Below the pieces are notes generated by a model. The model was not told where the DNA came from. It searched no databases and saw only the letters and a list, made by a program, of their open reading frames with translations. A program made the translations under genes and the position numbers. DNA of 64,000 bases from positions 12,090,001 through 12,154,000 of the forward strand of contig NC_135830.1 of assembly GCF_964213995.1 (NCBI RefSeq), written 5' to 3'. Below, piece after piece: positions 10,874-21,204 of the stretch. Position 1 is the first letter of the stretch, and each line of letters opens with the position of its first letter. Source of the DNA: Mustelus asterias. Its lineage: Eukaryota.

Positions 10874-11131
10874 CTTCTCCCCACTGGCGTAACTCAATAA
10901 ACTGTTTGTCAATTGAATCAGGCTTGAGTGTTGAATGATTCTTCTGAGTTCATTCCCCAAAACACACTGGGTACGTTACCGCTGGAGACCAGGTATCGCC
11001 AAAACCTTCAGACAATACAAAGACTCATGAAAGCCAGTGTCCCAGTTTAAAGACATATCTTTTACTTGACCACTGATTGAAGGGAGAAATTATTGGACAG
11101 TCTTAATCCTGCTCTAGAAGACAAGCATAGG

Positions 11132-11436
11132 ACATAGATAGAACATAGAACAGTACAGCACAGAACAGGCCCTTCGGCCCATGATGTTGTGCCGAGCTTT
11201 ATCTGAAACCAAGATCAAGCTATCCCACTCCCTATCATCCTGGTGCGCTCCATGTGCCTATCCAATAACCGCTTAAATGTTCCTAAAGTGTCTGACTCCA
11301 CTATCACTGCAGGCAGTCCATTCCACACCCCAACCACTCTCTGCGTAAAGAACCTACCTCTGATATCCTTCCTATATCTCCCACCACGAACCCTATAGTT
11401 ATGCCCCCTTGTAATAGCTCCATCCACCCGAGGAAA
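11132..11436 (-). mobile_element. CR1 LINE 3' end (young subfamily, near-identical to 56340-56630)
   Basis: FPRVDGAITRGHNYRV...FFTQRVVGVWNGL...KRLLDRHM*, hairpin and TTCTATG tail. Confidence 0.9.
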
Positions 11437-12194
11437 GCATCCTGATCTAATAACTCTGACATACAATCATTCGGATGGATCAATAATACATTCTTCATAT
11501 CAATTCTCCTGCCTTTCATCAGGTGTAAACCAATCATTTTCAATACAACTCAATCCTTAATTACACGTCATATACTTTAACCAATTGCATTTTACCCTCT
11601 GACACAATGGATTTCATTGGTCCGTAGAATCCGGACACTTCCTCCCCCTATTGCTGACTCTGCTTCCCCTTGTTGCTTAGCAACCCCAGAAGCTTAGCTG
11701 CAAAGGTCAGAGTTAATGTTCCAATCGGCTCTTATTCCGTCACTGGCCAAACCAGACAAATGCATGTTCTCACGTCTGAGAAGACACTGTCTTATCTGGC
11801 CAGTGTGAATCAATCATATTCATGAAGCTGCCTTTAGAAACTTTGTTAAAAACTTCCTTGAAAAGGTTGGCGCATTCTGTGGCTTCATTGTTCCGAAGAA
11901 TGTAGCCTGTCTGTAAATACCCCTGTACCATCATGCCTTGCAGCAGCCTGCCTTTGGCTGAAGTTTCCAATTGCTTTTAAAAATACAGCTAACATACATT
12001 TTAAAATCAGAAAATTCATGTTTAAATCAGAATTACTTGTTTAAATCTCTTACTGTGTTCACATGTGTGTAGACTGTTACCTTGTTAGCTTCTCAGTCTG
12101 ATTTAGTCATTTAACTCAATGCTGGTAGTTCTGTTAGTGTCTGAAATGCCTCATGGTTTAAAATTTCTCAAATCTATTCGGAATTTTCTCCAAC

Positions 12195-12770
12195 AGTTTG
12201 TCATTGCGGAGCTCGGAGTACAGCACTTGTTTCAGGAGTCTTGTGTGGGGCTTGTGTACAATGTGGCCCACCCATCGCAGCTGGTCGAGTGTGACCAGTG
12301 CCTCGATACTGGGGATATTGGCCTGGGAGAGGACACTCACGGTGGTAAGCCTATCCTGCCAGTGGATTTGCAGGATTTTGTGGAGGCAACGTTGGTGACA
12401 TCTCTCCAGAGATTTGAGGTGTCTGCTGTGCATTGTCCATGTTTCTGATGGATACAGGAGGGCGGGGACCACAGCTGCTCTGTAGACCATGAGCTTGGTG
12501 CTGGATTTGAGGTCTCAGGCTTTGAACTCTGTTCCTGCATTAGCCCATTGGAGTTGATGCTGGATTTCATCGTCAATGCCTGCCCGTGCCGACAGGGGGC
12601 TCCCGAGGTGTGGGGAATGATCCACGTTATCCAGGGGCTCACTGTGGATCTTGATGGGTCGGGGAGGAGGGAGCAGGAGTGGGCTGGTAGAGAACCTTTG
12701 TTTCCCGGATGTTTAATCTGAGTCCCATTCTCTCATATGCCTCAGTGAATGTGTCAACAATAGTTTGTAG
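12195..12770 (-). mobile_element. RTE-clade LINE fragment (ORF C-terminal part); a second fragment lies at ~13990-14200
   Basis: VYRAAVVPALLYPSETWT...LERCHQRCLHKILQIHWQDR...QLRWVGHI, and VQTGVKQGCVIAPTF at 13940..14218. These are RTE-type RT motifs. Confidence 0.75.
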
Positions 12771-12869
12771 ATAAGCTTAAGCTTATTTATTGGTGTCACA
12801 AGTGGGCTTACATTAACGCTGCAATGAAATTACTGTGAAAATGCCCTAGATCAACCTCTGAGTGTGCGC

Positions 12870-13280
12870 ACAGACACACTCAGGTTGTGAATGAAGCCCA
12901 ATCCATCACGCAAACCAGCCTCCCATCCATTGACACTGTCTACACTTCCCACTGCCTTGGAAAAGCAGCCAGCATTATTAAGGACTCCACACATCCTGGA
13001 CATAATCTCTTCCATCTTCTTCCTTTGGGAAAAAGATACAAAAGTCTGAGGACACGTACCAACCGACTCAAGAACAGCTTCATCCCTGCTGCCATCAGAT
13101 TTTTGAACAGACCTACCTCGCATTAAGTTGATCTTTCTCTACACCCTAGCTATGACTGTAACATTCTGCACCCTCTCCTTTCCTTCCCTATGTATGCTAT
13201 GCTCTGTCTGTATAGCGCGCATGAAACAATACTTTTCACTGTATACCAATACATGTGACAATAATAAATTAAATCAAATC
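12870..13280 (+). mobile_element. Rex1/Babar-like LINE 3' end
   Basis: KAASIIKDSTHPGHNLFHLLPLGKRYKSLRTRTNRLKNSFIPAAIRFLN*, then AATAAA and (AAATC)n tail. Confidence 0.7.
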
Positions 13281-13285
13281 GGCAT

Positions 13286-13975
13286 ATTTTTTATTCATTT
13301 GTGGGACATGGGCCAGCATTTATTGTTCATCCCTAGTTGCCTGAGTGTATTTGAGAGTTAACCACAATGCAGTGGCTCTGGAGTCACATGTAGGCCAGAC
13401 CAGGTAAGGATGGCACATTTCCTTCCCGAACGGACATGAGTGAACCAGGTGGGATTTTCCAGCAATTCATAGAAATCATAGAAACCCTACAGTGCAGAAG
13501 GAGGCCATTCAGCCCATCGAGTCTGCACCGACCACAATTCCACCCAGGCCCTACCCCCACATATTTACCCGCTAATCCCTCTAACCTACGCATCTCAGGA
13601 CTCTAAGGGGCAATTTTTAACCTGGCCAATCAACCTAACCCGCACATCTTTGGACTGTGGGAGGAAACCGGAGCACCCGGAGGAAACCCACGCAGACACG
13701 AGGAGAATGTGCAAACTCCACACAGACAGTGACCCAAGCCAGGAATCGAACCCAGGTCCCTGGAGCTGTGAAGCAGCAGTGCTAACCACTGTGCTACCGT
13801 GCCGCCCATAAACAATGACAATGGTTTCATGGTCACCAGTAGATTCTTAATTCCAGATTCTTTTTATTGAATTCAAATTCCACCACTTGCCGTGGCCAGA
13901 TTCGAATCGAGGTCCCCAGCACATTCGCTGATTTCTGGATTAATAGTCCAGCGATAATACCACCAGGCCATCACC
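13286..13975 (-). mobile_element. tRNA-derived SINE (L2/CR1-group tail family) interrupted by an HE1-like SINE
   Basis: Reverse complement matches 44514-44860 and 47349-47697. Confidence 0.7.
13467..13807 (-). mobile_element. Full-length young HE1-like V-SINE
   Basis: GGGCGGCACGGTAGCACAGTGGTTAGC (A-box) ... GGTTCGATTCC (B-box), V core, CR1-type 3' tail ending TTTCTATGATTTCTATGA. Confidence 0.9.
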
Positions 13976-14199
13976 TCCCCCCACCCCTAGGGTCGGCGTA
14001 CTGCAGCCCCATGACTGAGGCTGGGCTGGTCTTGGTTCTGGCCTGGAGGGGTCGGACATTGAAAGTTTCCCACTGGTCCAGTAGGCCAGCTGGACTCCAG
14101 CGGGGAGCTTCATGGCGCTGGGGTGGAGTGTTGCTGCAGGAAAGGTGGGGATGAATGTTGGTGCGATGACGCAGCCCTGCTTGACCCCAGTTTGCACTC

Positions 14200-14724
14200 G
14201 TACTGGTCGCCTCACCATAGGAAGGATGTGATTGCACTGGAGGGGGTGCAGAGGAGATTCACCAGGATGTTGCCTGGGATGGAGCAGCCGAGCTATAAAG
14301 AGAGATTAGATAGACTTGGATTGTCTTCTTGAGAGCAGAGAAGGCTGAGGGGGGACATGATTGAGGTGTATAAGATTGTGAGGGGTATGGACAGGGTGGA
14401 TAGGAAGCAGCTGTTCCCCTTAGTTGAAGGGTCAATAACGAGGGGGCATCATTTTAAGGTGAGGGGCAGGAGGTTTTGGGGGATTTGAGGAAAAATGTTA
14501 TTATCCAGAGGGTGGTGGGAGTCTGGAATTCACTGTCTGGGAGGGTAGTGGAGGCAGGAAACCTCACAACCTTTAAAAAGCACATGGATGAGCACTTGAA
14601 TGTTTTGACAGTTCAAACACCATCAGCCAAGTGTTGGAAAATGGATGAGTGTAAATTTAGTATAGTTTTGTCAGTGCAGACTCGATGGGCTGAAAGGCCT
14701 CTTCTGTACTGTATGACTCTATGA
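14200..14724 (+). mobile_element. CR1 LINE 3' end abutting the ZNF-B stop codon
   Basis: YWSPHHRKDVIALEGVQRRFTRML...QRVVGVWNSL, with tail TATGACTCTATGAC. Confidence 0.85.
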
Positions 14725-15312
14725 CTTGTGAACTCGCTGGTGTTTCTGCAGTCGGGATGAATGAGTGAATCCCTGCCCACACACGGTGCAGGTGAATGGT
14801 CTCTCCCCAGTGTGAACCCGCTGGTGTGTCCGCAGGCCTGATGGCACACTGAATCCTTTCCCACACACAGAGCAGGAGAACGGCCTCTCCCCAGTGTGAA
14901 CTTGCTGGTGTCGCCACAGGCTTGATGACACACTGAATCCTTTCCCACACACAGAGCAAGTGAACGGCCTCTCCCCAGTGTGAACTCGCTGGTGGTTCTG
15001 CAAATGAAATAATTGAGTGAATCCCTTCCCACACACAGAGCAGATGAATGGTCTCTCCCCAGTGTGAACTCGCTGGTGTCTCCGCAGGGTGGATAACTGA
15101 ATGAACCCTTTCCCACACTCAGAGCAAGTGAACGATTTCTCCCCAGTGTGAACTTGCTGGTGTCTCTGCAAATCAATTATCTGAGTGAATCCCTTCCCAC
15201 ACACAGAGCAGGTGAACGGCCTCTCCCCAGTGTGACTGCGCCGATGAATCTCCAGCTGAGATGGAAAACTGAATCCTTTCCCACAGTCTCCACATTTCCA
15301 CGGTTTCTCCAT
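14719..15312 (-). CDS. ZNF-B: tandem C2H2 protein, 7 fingers (197 aa from MEKPWKC)
   Basis: Seven canonical fingers; ATG at 15312 in ACCATGG context. Inferred upstream exons: 15975-16054 and a first exon ending at 18229. Confidence 0.88.
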   Translation of the reverse strand: MEKPWKCGDCGKGFSFPSQLEIHRRSHTGERPFTCSVCGKGFTQIIDLQRHQQVHTGEKSFTCSECGKGFIQLSTLRRHQRVHTGERPFICSVCGKGFTQLFHLQNHQRVHTGERPFTCSVCGKGFSVSSSLWRHQQVHTGERPFSCSVCGKGFSVPSGLRTHQRVHTGERPFTCTVCGQGFTHSSRLQKHQRVHKS

Positions 15313-16169
15313 GGTGCGGGTGTCCTTGTGACTCTCCCGGTTAAACAATCAGTTAAATCTCACACAGAACACGGGTACAGTCTCTCCCCGCTGTGAATGC
15401 TGCGATGTATTTTCAGGCGGTGTAACTGGTTAAAGCTCTTTCCACACTCAGTGCACTGGAACACTCTCACTCAGGTGTATCTGTGTCTTGGTGCTTTTTC
15501 AGTCACATTTATGTTAAAAAATTCTGAAGCAGACAGAACAGAAAAAGATTTCTCCTTCTAGATTTAAAGGCCAATGATATTCAGATCCCGATCAATCAAA
15601 TGACTGTCAGATTTTGATGTGACGTTTGGTTTGAGATTTCTGTCTGTAAATCCTCACCTTCTGTTATCCTGCAAAAGCAGTTTACAAAAGTCATCACTGT
15701 CAGTACAGGATAGAAATTCAGAACAGACATTTCCTTTTTTAAAGTTTATTCATTAGTCACAAGTAAGGCTTACATTAACACTGCAATGAAGTCACTGTGA
15801 AATTCCGCTAGTTGCAGCAGTCGGGCGCCTGTTGGGATCAATGCATCGAACCAGCACGTCTTTCAGAATTCGAGTTTCTATGGAAACCTCTTTCCTCTCT
15901 CATTCCCCAAAAGCTGTAAATCTCCATCCCACACACTCTCCCTCCATTCTCACTCTGCTGTATCTAATATTCACCCTCCCAATTCTCCTGAAGGTGCTGA
16001 TTGAGGCTGATTGACAGATCCATGCTCACTGCTTCCTGCCCTGGACACAGAGAGCTGGAAATCTCCATGCAGGCTGCCAGACAGATATATGTCTATCTGA
16101 CTGGACTAACAATGTGTGGAATGTACAGACTGGATTCACTCGCTTTCCCTTCAGTGGCTAAGGGCGGAC

Positions 16170-18030
16170 ACAGCACCAGGACCCAATGAACTGCACGCAA
16201 TGCTTTCTATGGATGTTGCTGAAGAGATAGTGGACACTTCAGTTGGAATTTTTCATAACTCGCTAAATTCCAGGAGGGTATCAGAAGATTGGAAAACAGC
16301 CAATGTGACTCCCGAGTTCAAAAAGGAAGAAAGGCAGAAGACAGGGAACTATAGGCCAGTGAGTTTAACATCTATTATTGGCAAGACGCTGGAGTCAAAG
16401 AGGAAATAGCTAATCATTCAGGAAAGCTGAATATAATCAAACCTCGTCAACATGGTTTTATGAAAGATAAATCATGATTGATAAATTTGCTTGAATTCTT
16501 TGAGGATGTAAGAGGAAGAATAGATCGAACACAATCTGCAAATGTAGTTTATTTAGATAAAGCAGCACAGCGCCAGGAACCCGGGTTCAATTCCGGCCTT
16601 GTGTGACAGTCTGTGTGGAGTCTGCATGTTCTCCCCATGTCTGTGTGCATTTCCTCCGGGTGCTCCAGTTTCTTCCCACAGTCCAAAGATGTGCGGGTTA
16701 GGTTGACTGGCCATGCTAAATTGGCTCTTTGTGTCCTAATAGATGTAGATTAGGGGGATTAGTATGGTAAAAATGTGGAGTTATGGGGTTAGGGCTTGGG
16801 AAAGATGCTCTGTTCAAGAGTCAGTGCAGATTAGACGGGCCAAATGGCCTCCTTCTGCACTCTCGGGATCCTATGATTTCCAAAAGGCATTTGACAAGGT
16901 ACCGCATAAGAGGCTGGTGCATAAAGTAAAAGCCCATGGAATTGTAGGAAGTGTGTAAGCATGGATTGAAAACTGGCCGTCACATAGAAAACAGAAAATT
17001 GAAATATTTGGGTCATTTTCAGAGTGGAAAGATGTAACTAGTGGAGTACCGCAGGGATCAGTTCTTCGCCTGCAATTGTTCATTATTCAATTAATGACCT
17101 GAAGGAAGGAACAGAATGTAAGGTTTCCAAATGATTTGAAGATAGGTGGACAGACATGTTCTGATGAGGATCTTATGATTCTGCAACGGGATATAGATAG
17201 GTTGAGTGACTGGGTGAAAACCTGGCAAATGGAGTTTAACGTGGGAAAGTGTAGGGTCATGTATTTCAGGAGGAGGAATCAAAAGGGAGATTATCTACAT
17301 GGAGAGAGGCTGCAGTTGAATGAAGTACAGAGGGATCTAGATGTTCTTGCACATGAATCACAAAAGGCTCGCAGACAGGTCCCACAATAGTTAAGAAGGA
17401 AAATGGCATTTTGGGCTTTATTGCAAAGGGGTTGGAGTTTAAAAACAGGGATGTTTTGTTGCAGTTGTACAGGGTGTTGGTGAGGCCTCACCTGGAATAC
17501 TGTGTACATTTTTGATCCCCTTACCTAAACAAGGATATAGTAACATTGGAGGTAGTCCAAAAGAGATTCATCAGGCTATTCCTGGGATTAGAGGGTGGTC
17601 CTATCAAGAGAGAATAAATTGTCTAGGTCTGTGTTCCTTGAAGTTTTGAAGACAAAGGGGTGACTTTATTGAAGCATATAAGATCCTCAGGGGGCTTGAC
17701 AGGGTAGATGGTGAGATATTTTCACGAGTGGGAGAGTCACAAACAAGGAAACAAGATAAAGGGTCGGTCATTTAAACTTGAGTTGCGCAGAATTATTTTT
17801 CTCGCAAAGGATGGTGAATCTCTGGAATTCTCTGCCCCAAAGGGTGGTGGAGGCTGGATCATTAGAAGCATTTAAAGTGAGGTGGATAAATATTTGATAG
17901 ATCGACAATTGGAGGGCAATGGGGAAATGGCACAGAAAAGAAGCTGAGGCCAGAATAGATCAGCCATGATTGGATTGAATGGAGGGGCAGGCTTGATGGG
18001 CCTGGTGGCCACTCCTGCTTCTATTTCTTG
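16170..18030 (+). mobile_element. Older CR1 LINE ORF2 and 3' end, with a nested V-SINE at ~16560-16877
   Basis: DWKTANVTPEFKK, NYRPVSLTSIIGK, DFQKAFDKVPH, WQMEFNVGKC; many stops and frameshifts. Confidence 0.85.
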
Positions 18031-18063
18031 TCATCAGTTCTTGCAAGACAACAATTTCCCCAG

Positions 18064-18874
18064 AAAGTGTTACATTTGGACATAAATGAGTAGACTAATG
18101 TGTGAATGACATGAAGAATGCGAGGAGGGTTTTTATTTCGGCAGCGAGTGGTGACCTGGAAGTTAAAAAATCAATTCCAGAATAAGAGAAGAAATGGAAA
18201 GGGGGAGAAAAGAAAGTGTTTTACTCACAGATGTTGGCCTCTTTTAGGTAAAGGAGTTCATGAACTATTTTTCAGATTGACATCATGCCGGCCAGGAGTT
18301 GAACCAGGCATCTTCGGATCCGTAATCAGACGTGTTATCCATTGAGCCACAGTCTCACAGGTGGTGCCGACAGGAAGAAGTTGGAATCTGTCCACTTCCC
18401 CATGGCCTGGGGCTGCGCATGTGCAGTGGAGAGCCCGCTCCCCCCCCCCCCCCTCCCCCATTCATTCTGAGGTGTTGACCAATGGAAACTATGGAGGACC
18501 GGACGTACTCTGGTCCTCCAGCCAATCAGAGCTCCCACATTGTCTGAATGCGGAAGTGGACAATGAGCTTGTTCAGCTGCTCATTCCTGCCCAGCAAAGC
18601 TGCTGCTCTCTCTGAATGAACATTGAGCTTCAGACAGACTCAAACTTCCTCCCGTCTCTCCAACATCTGTGAGTAAAACACTTTCTTTTCGCCCCTTTTG
18701 CGTTTCTTTTCTCATTCTGGGGGAAATTGGGGACTTGTTGAATTTTTAACTTCCAGGTCACCACTCGCTGCCGAAATAAAAATCCTCCTCACATTCTTCA
18801 TGTATCTGTAACCAGGTAATACAGTGCATTACACACATCATCAGTCTGCACATTTATGGCCAAATGTAAAACTT
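18064..18874. promoter_or_regulatory. Bidirectional promoter of ZNF-B (-) and ZNF-C (+), flanked by inverted exon1/intron1 junctions
   Basis: Arms ~18064-18237 and ~18660-18874 are reverse complements, each containing CCAACATCT|GTGAGTAAAACACTTTCTTTTC. The core has NRF1-like CTGCGCATGTGC (~18413), two CCAAT boxes and an ETS-like CGGAAGT. Confidence 0.7.
18284..18356 (-). tRNA. tRNA-Arg(ACG)-derived sequence, probably a pseudo-tRNA
   Basis: GAGACTGTGGCTCAATGGATAACACGTCTGATTACGGATCCGAAGATGCCTGGTTCAACTCCTGGCCGGCATG (73 nt) aligns without gaps to vertebrate tRNA-Arg-ACG as recalled. A/B boxes and the ACG anticodon are recognisable; the acceptor stem is badly mispaired. Confidence 0.8.
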
Positions 18875-19677
18875 TAACGTGGCTGTCAGCTTGAAAATTA
18901 ATCATGGATCATTTGCACTTCCACAACCCTCTGAGGCAGCGGCTTCCAGGTAATGACCTTTCTGCACCAAAATAAAATTCTTCCCCACATCCTTCTCTTT
19001 CTCCCAATCCAGTTATCCGGTCCCACATATGGCTCAGATTTTAATTTCTAGCGTGTAGGCTGGTTGTTACACGTACATTTTCAGATCTCTGTGTCCAATA
19101 CAGAAAGTGGTCAGCATGGATCTGTTAATCAGCCTGAATCAGCACCTTCAATAGACTTGGGAGGTTGTATCTTCAAGAGAGCAGAGTGAGAATTGAAGGA
19201 GAGTGTGTGGGATGGAGATTGACAGCTTTTGGAGAATGAGAGAGGAAAGAATGTTCCATAGAAACTAGAATTGTCTGTTCTGAATTTCTATCCTGTACTG
19301 ACAGTGATGTCTGTTGTAAATTCCTTTCATAGATATCAGGAGGTGAGGATTTAGAGACAGGAATTTCAAACTAAACGTCACATCAAGATTTGACAGAGTC
19401 ATTCGATTTATTGGGACCTAAATATCATCGACTTTTGAATCTAGGAAAGCAATGTTTGTCTGATCTGTTTGCTTAAGGAGATTTTAAACATCAGTGTGAC
19501 TGGAACACACCCGAGTGAGAGTGTTCCAGTCCAGTGATAGTGGAAAGAGCTTTAACCAGTTACACAGGCTGAAACAACATTGCACCGTTTACAGTGAAGA
19601 GAGACCGTACACGTGTTCTGTGTGGACAAGGATTCAACTGATCATCAAACCTGGAGAGCCACAAGGACACCCGCATC

Positions 19678-21204
19678 ATGGAGAAACTGTGGAAGTGTGA
19701 CGATTGTGGACAAGGATTCATGTTGCCCTGTGATTTGGAAATTCATCAACGCAGTCACACTCGGGAGAGACCCTTCACTTGCTCAGTGTGTGGGAAGGGA
19801 TACACTAAGTTCTCCCACCTGCTGAGTCACAATCTCACTCACACCAATGAGAGACCCTTTAAATGCTCTGACTGTGGGAGCGGATTTAAAAGCTCTGGAG
19901 AACTGGTGTCCCACCAGCGCATTCACAGTGAGGAGAGACCGTTCAGCTGCTCTCACTGCTCAATGAAATTTAAATGGTCATCCACACTGCGGAGACATCA
20001 GCGGGTTCACACCGGGGAGAGACCGTTCAGCTGCTCCATGTGTGGGAAGGGATTCTCTCGGTCCTCCGAACTGCGGGCACACCAACGAATTCACACTGGG
20101 GAGAGACCGTTCACCTGCTCTGTGTGTGGGAAGGGATTCTTTCGGTCATCCGCCCTGCTGACGCACAAAGTCACTCACACCAATGAGAGACCCTTTAAAT
20201 GCTCTGACTGTGAGAGTTGCTTCAAAAGTTCTCGGGATCTGATGTCCCACCAGCGCATTCACACTGAGGACAGACCGTTCAGCTGCTCTCACTGCACAAT
20301 GAGATTTAGATCATCATCAAACCTGCGGAACCACCAGCGAGTTCACTCCGGGGAGAGACCATTCACTTGCTCTGACTGTGGGAAGGGATTCACGCAGTTA
20401 TCCACCCTGCTGACACACCAGCGAGTTCACACCGGAGAGAGGCCATTCACCTGCTCTGTGTGTGGGAAGGGATTCACTAATTTACCCAACCTTCTGAGTC
20501 ATAAAGTCACTCACACCAGTGAGAGGCCCTTTAAATGCTCGGACTGTGGGAGTGAATTCAAAATTTCTGGAGAACTGGTGTCCCACCAGCGCATTCACAC
20601 TGAGGACAGACCGTTCAGCTGCTCTCTCTGCACAAAGAGATTTAAGAGGTCATCCACACTGCAGAGACACCAGCGAGTTCACACCAGGGAGAGACCGTTC
20701 ATCTGCTCTGTGTGTGGGAAGGGATTCAGTCAGTCATTCACCCTGCTGACACACCAGCGTCTTCACACCGAGGAGAGACCATTTACCTGCACCGAGTGTG
20801 GGAAGGGATTCACTCTGTCATCCACCCTGCTGACTCACCAGCAAGTTCACAGCGGGGAGAGACCGTTCACCTGCTCCGAGTGTGGGAACAGATTCACTCG
20901 GTTATCCAGCCTGCAGAGACACAAAGTCACTCATTCCCAGGAAAGACCCTTTAAATGCTCTGACTGTGGGAGTGGCTTCAAAATTTCTGAGCATCTGATA
21001 GATCACCAGCGCATTCACACTGGGGAGAGACCGTTCAGCTGCTCTCACTGCACAAAGAGGTTTGGAAGGGCATGCACACTGAGGAGACACCAGCGAGTTC
21101 ACACTGGGAGAGACCATTCACCTGCTCTGTGTGTGCGGAAGGATTCACTCAATACCCCAGGTGCTGAGGCACAATGTCCCTCACACCCAGGAGAGACCCT
21201 TTAA
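19678..21204 (+). CDS. ZNF-C: tandem C2H2 protein, 17 fingers followed by a frameshifted tail
   Basis: 17 canonical fingers. One G is missing in the linker ACTGGG(G)AGAG near 21105; degenerate fingers continue in other frames to ~21338. Confidence 0.85.
   Translation: MEKLWKCDDCGQGFMLPCDLEIHQRSHTRERPFTCSVCGKGYTKFSHLLSHNLTHTNERPFKCSDCGSGFKSSGELVSHQRIHSEERPFSCSHCSMKFKWSSTLRRHQRVHTGERPFSCSMCGKGFSRSSELRAHQRIHTGERPFTCSVCGKGFFRSSALLTHKVTHTNERPFKCSDCESCFKSSRDLMSHQRIHTEDRPFSCSHCTMRFRSSSNLRNHQRVHSGERPFTCSDCGKGFTQLSTLLTHQRVHTGERPFTCSVCGKGFTNLPNLLSHKVTHTSERPFKCSDCGSEFKISGELVSHQRIHTEDRPFSCSLCTKRFKRSSTLQRHQRVHTRERPFICSVCGKGFSQSFTLLTHQRLHTEERPFTCTECGKGFTLSSTLLTHQQVHSGERPFTCSECGNRFTRLSSLQRHKVTHSQERPFKCSDCGSGFKISEHLIDHQRIHTGERPFSCSHCTKRFGRACTLRRHQRVHTGRDHSPALCVRKDSLNTPGAEAQCPSHPGETL

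Noticed and set aside
9003-12130. AT-rich LTR/ERV-like stretches (also ~27650-28390 and ~31000-32420)
   Set aside because: Suggestive TATA/AATAAA content only. No paired LTRs, TSD, primer-binding site or gag/pol/env could be identified.
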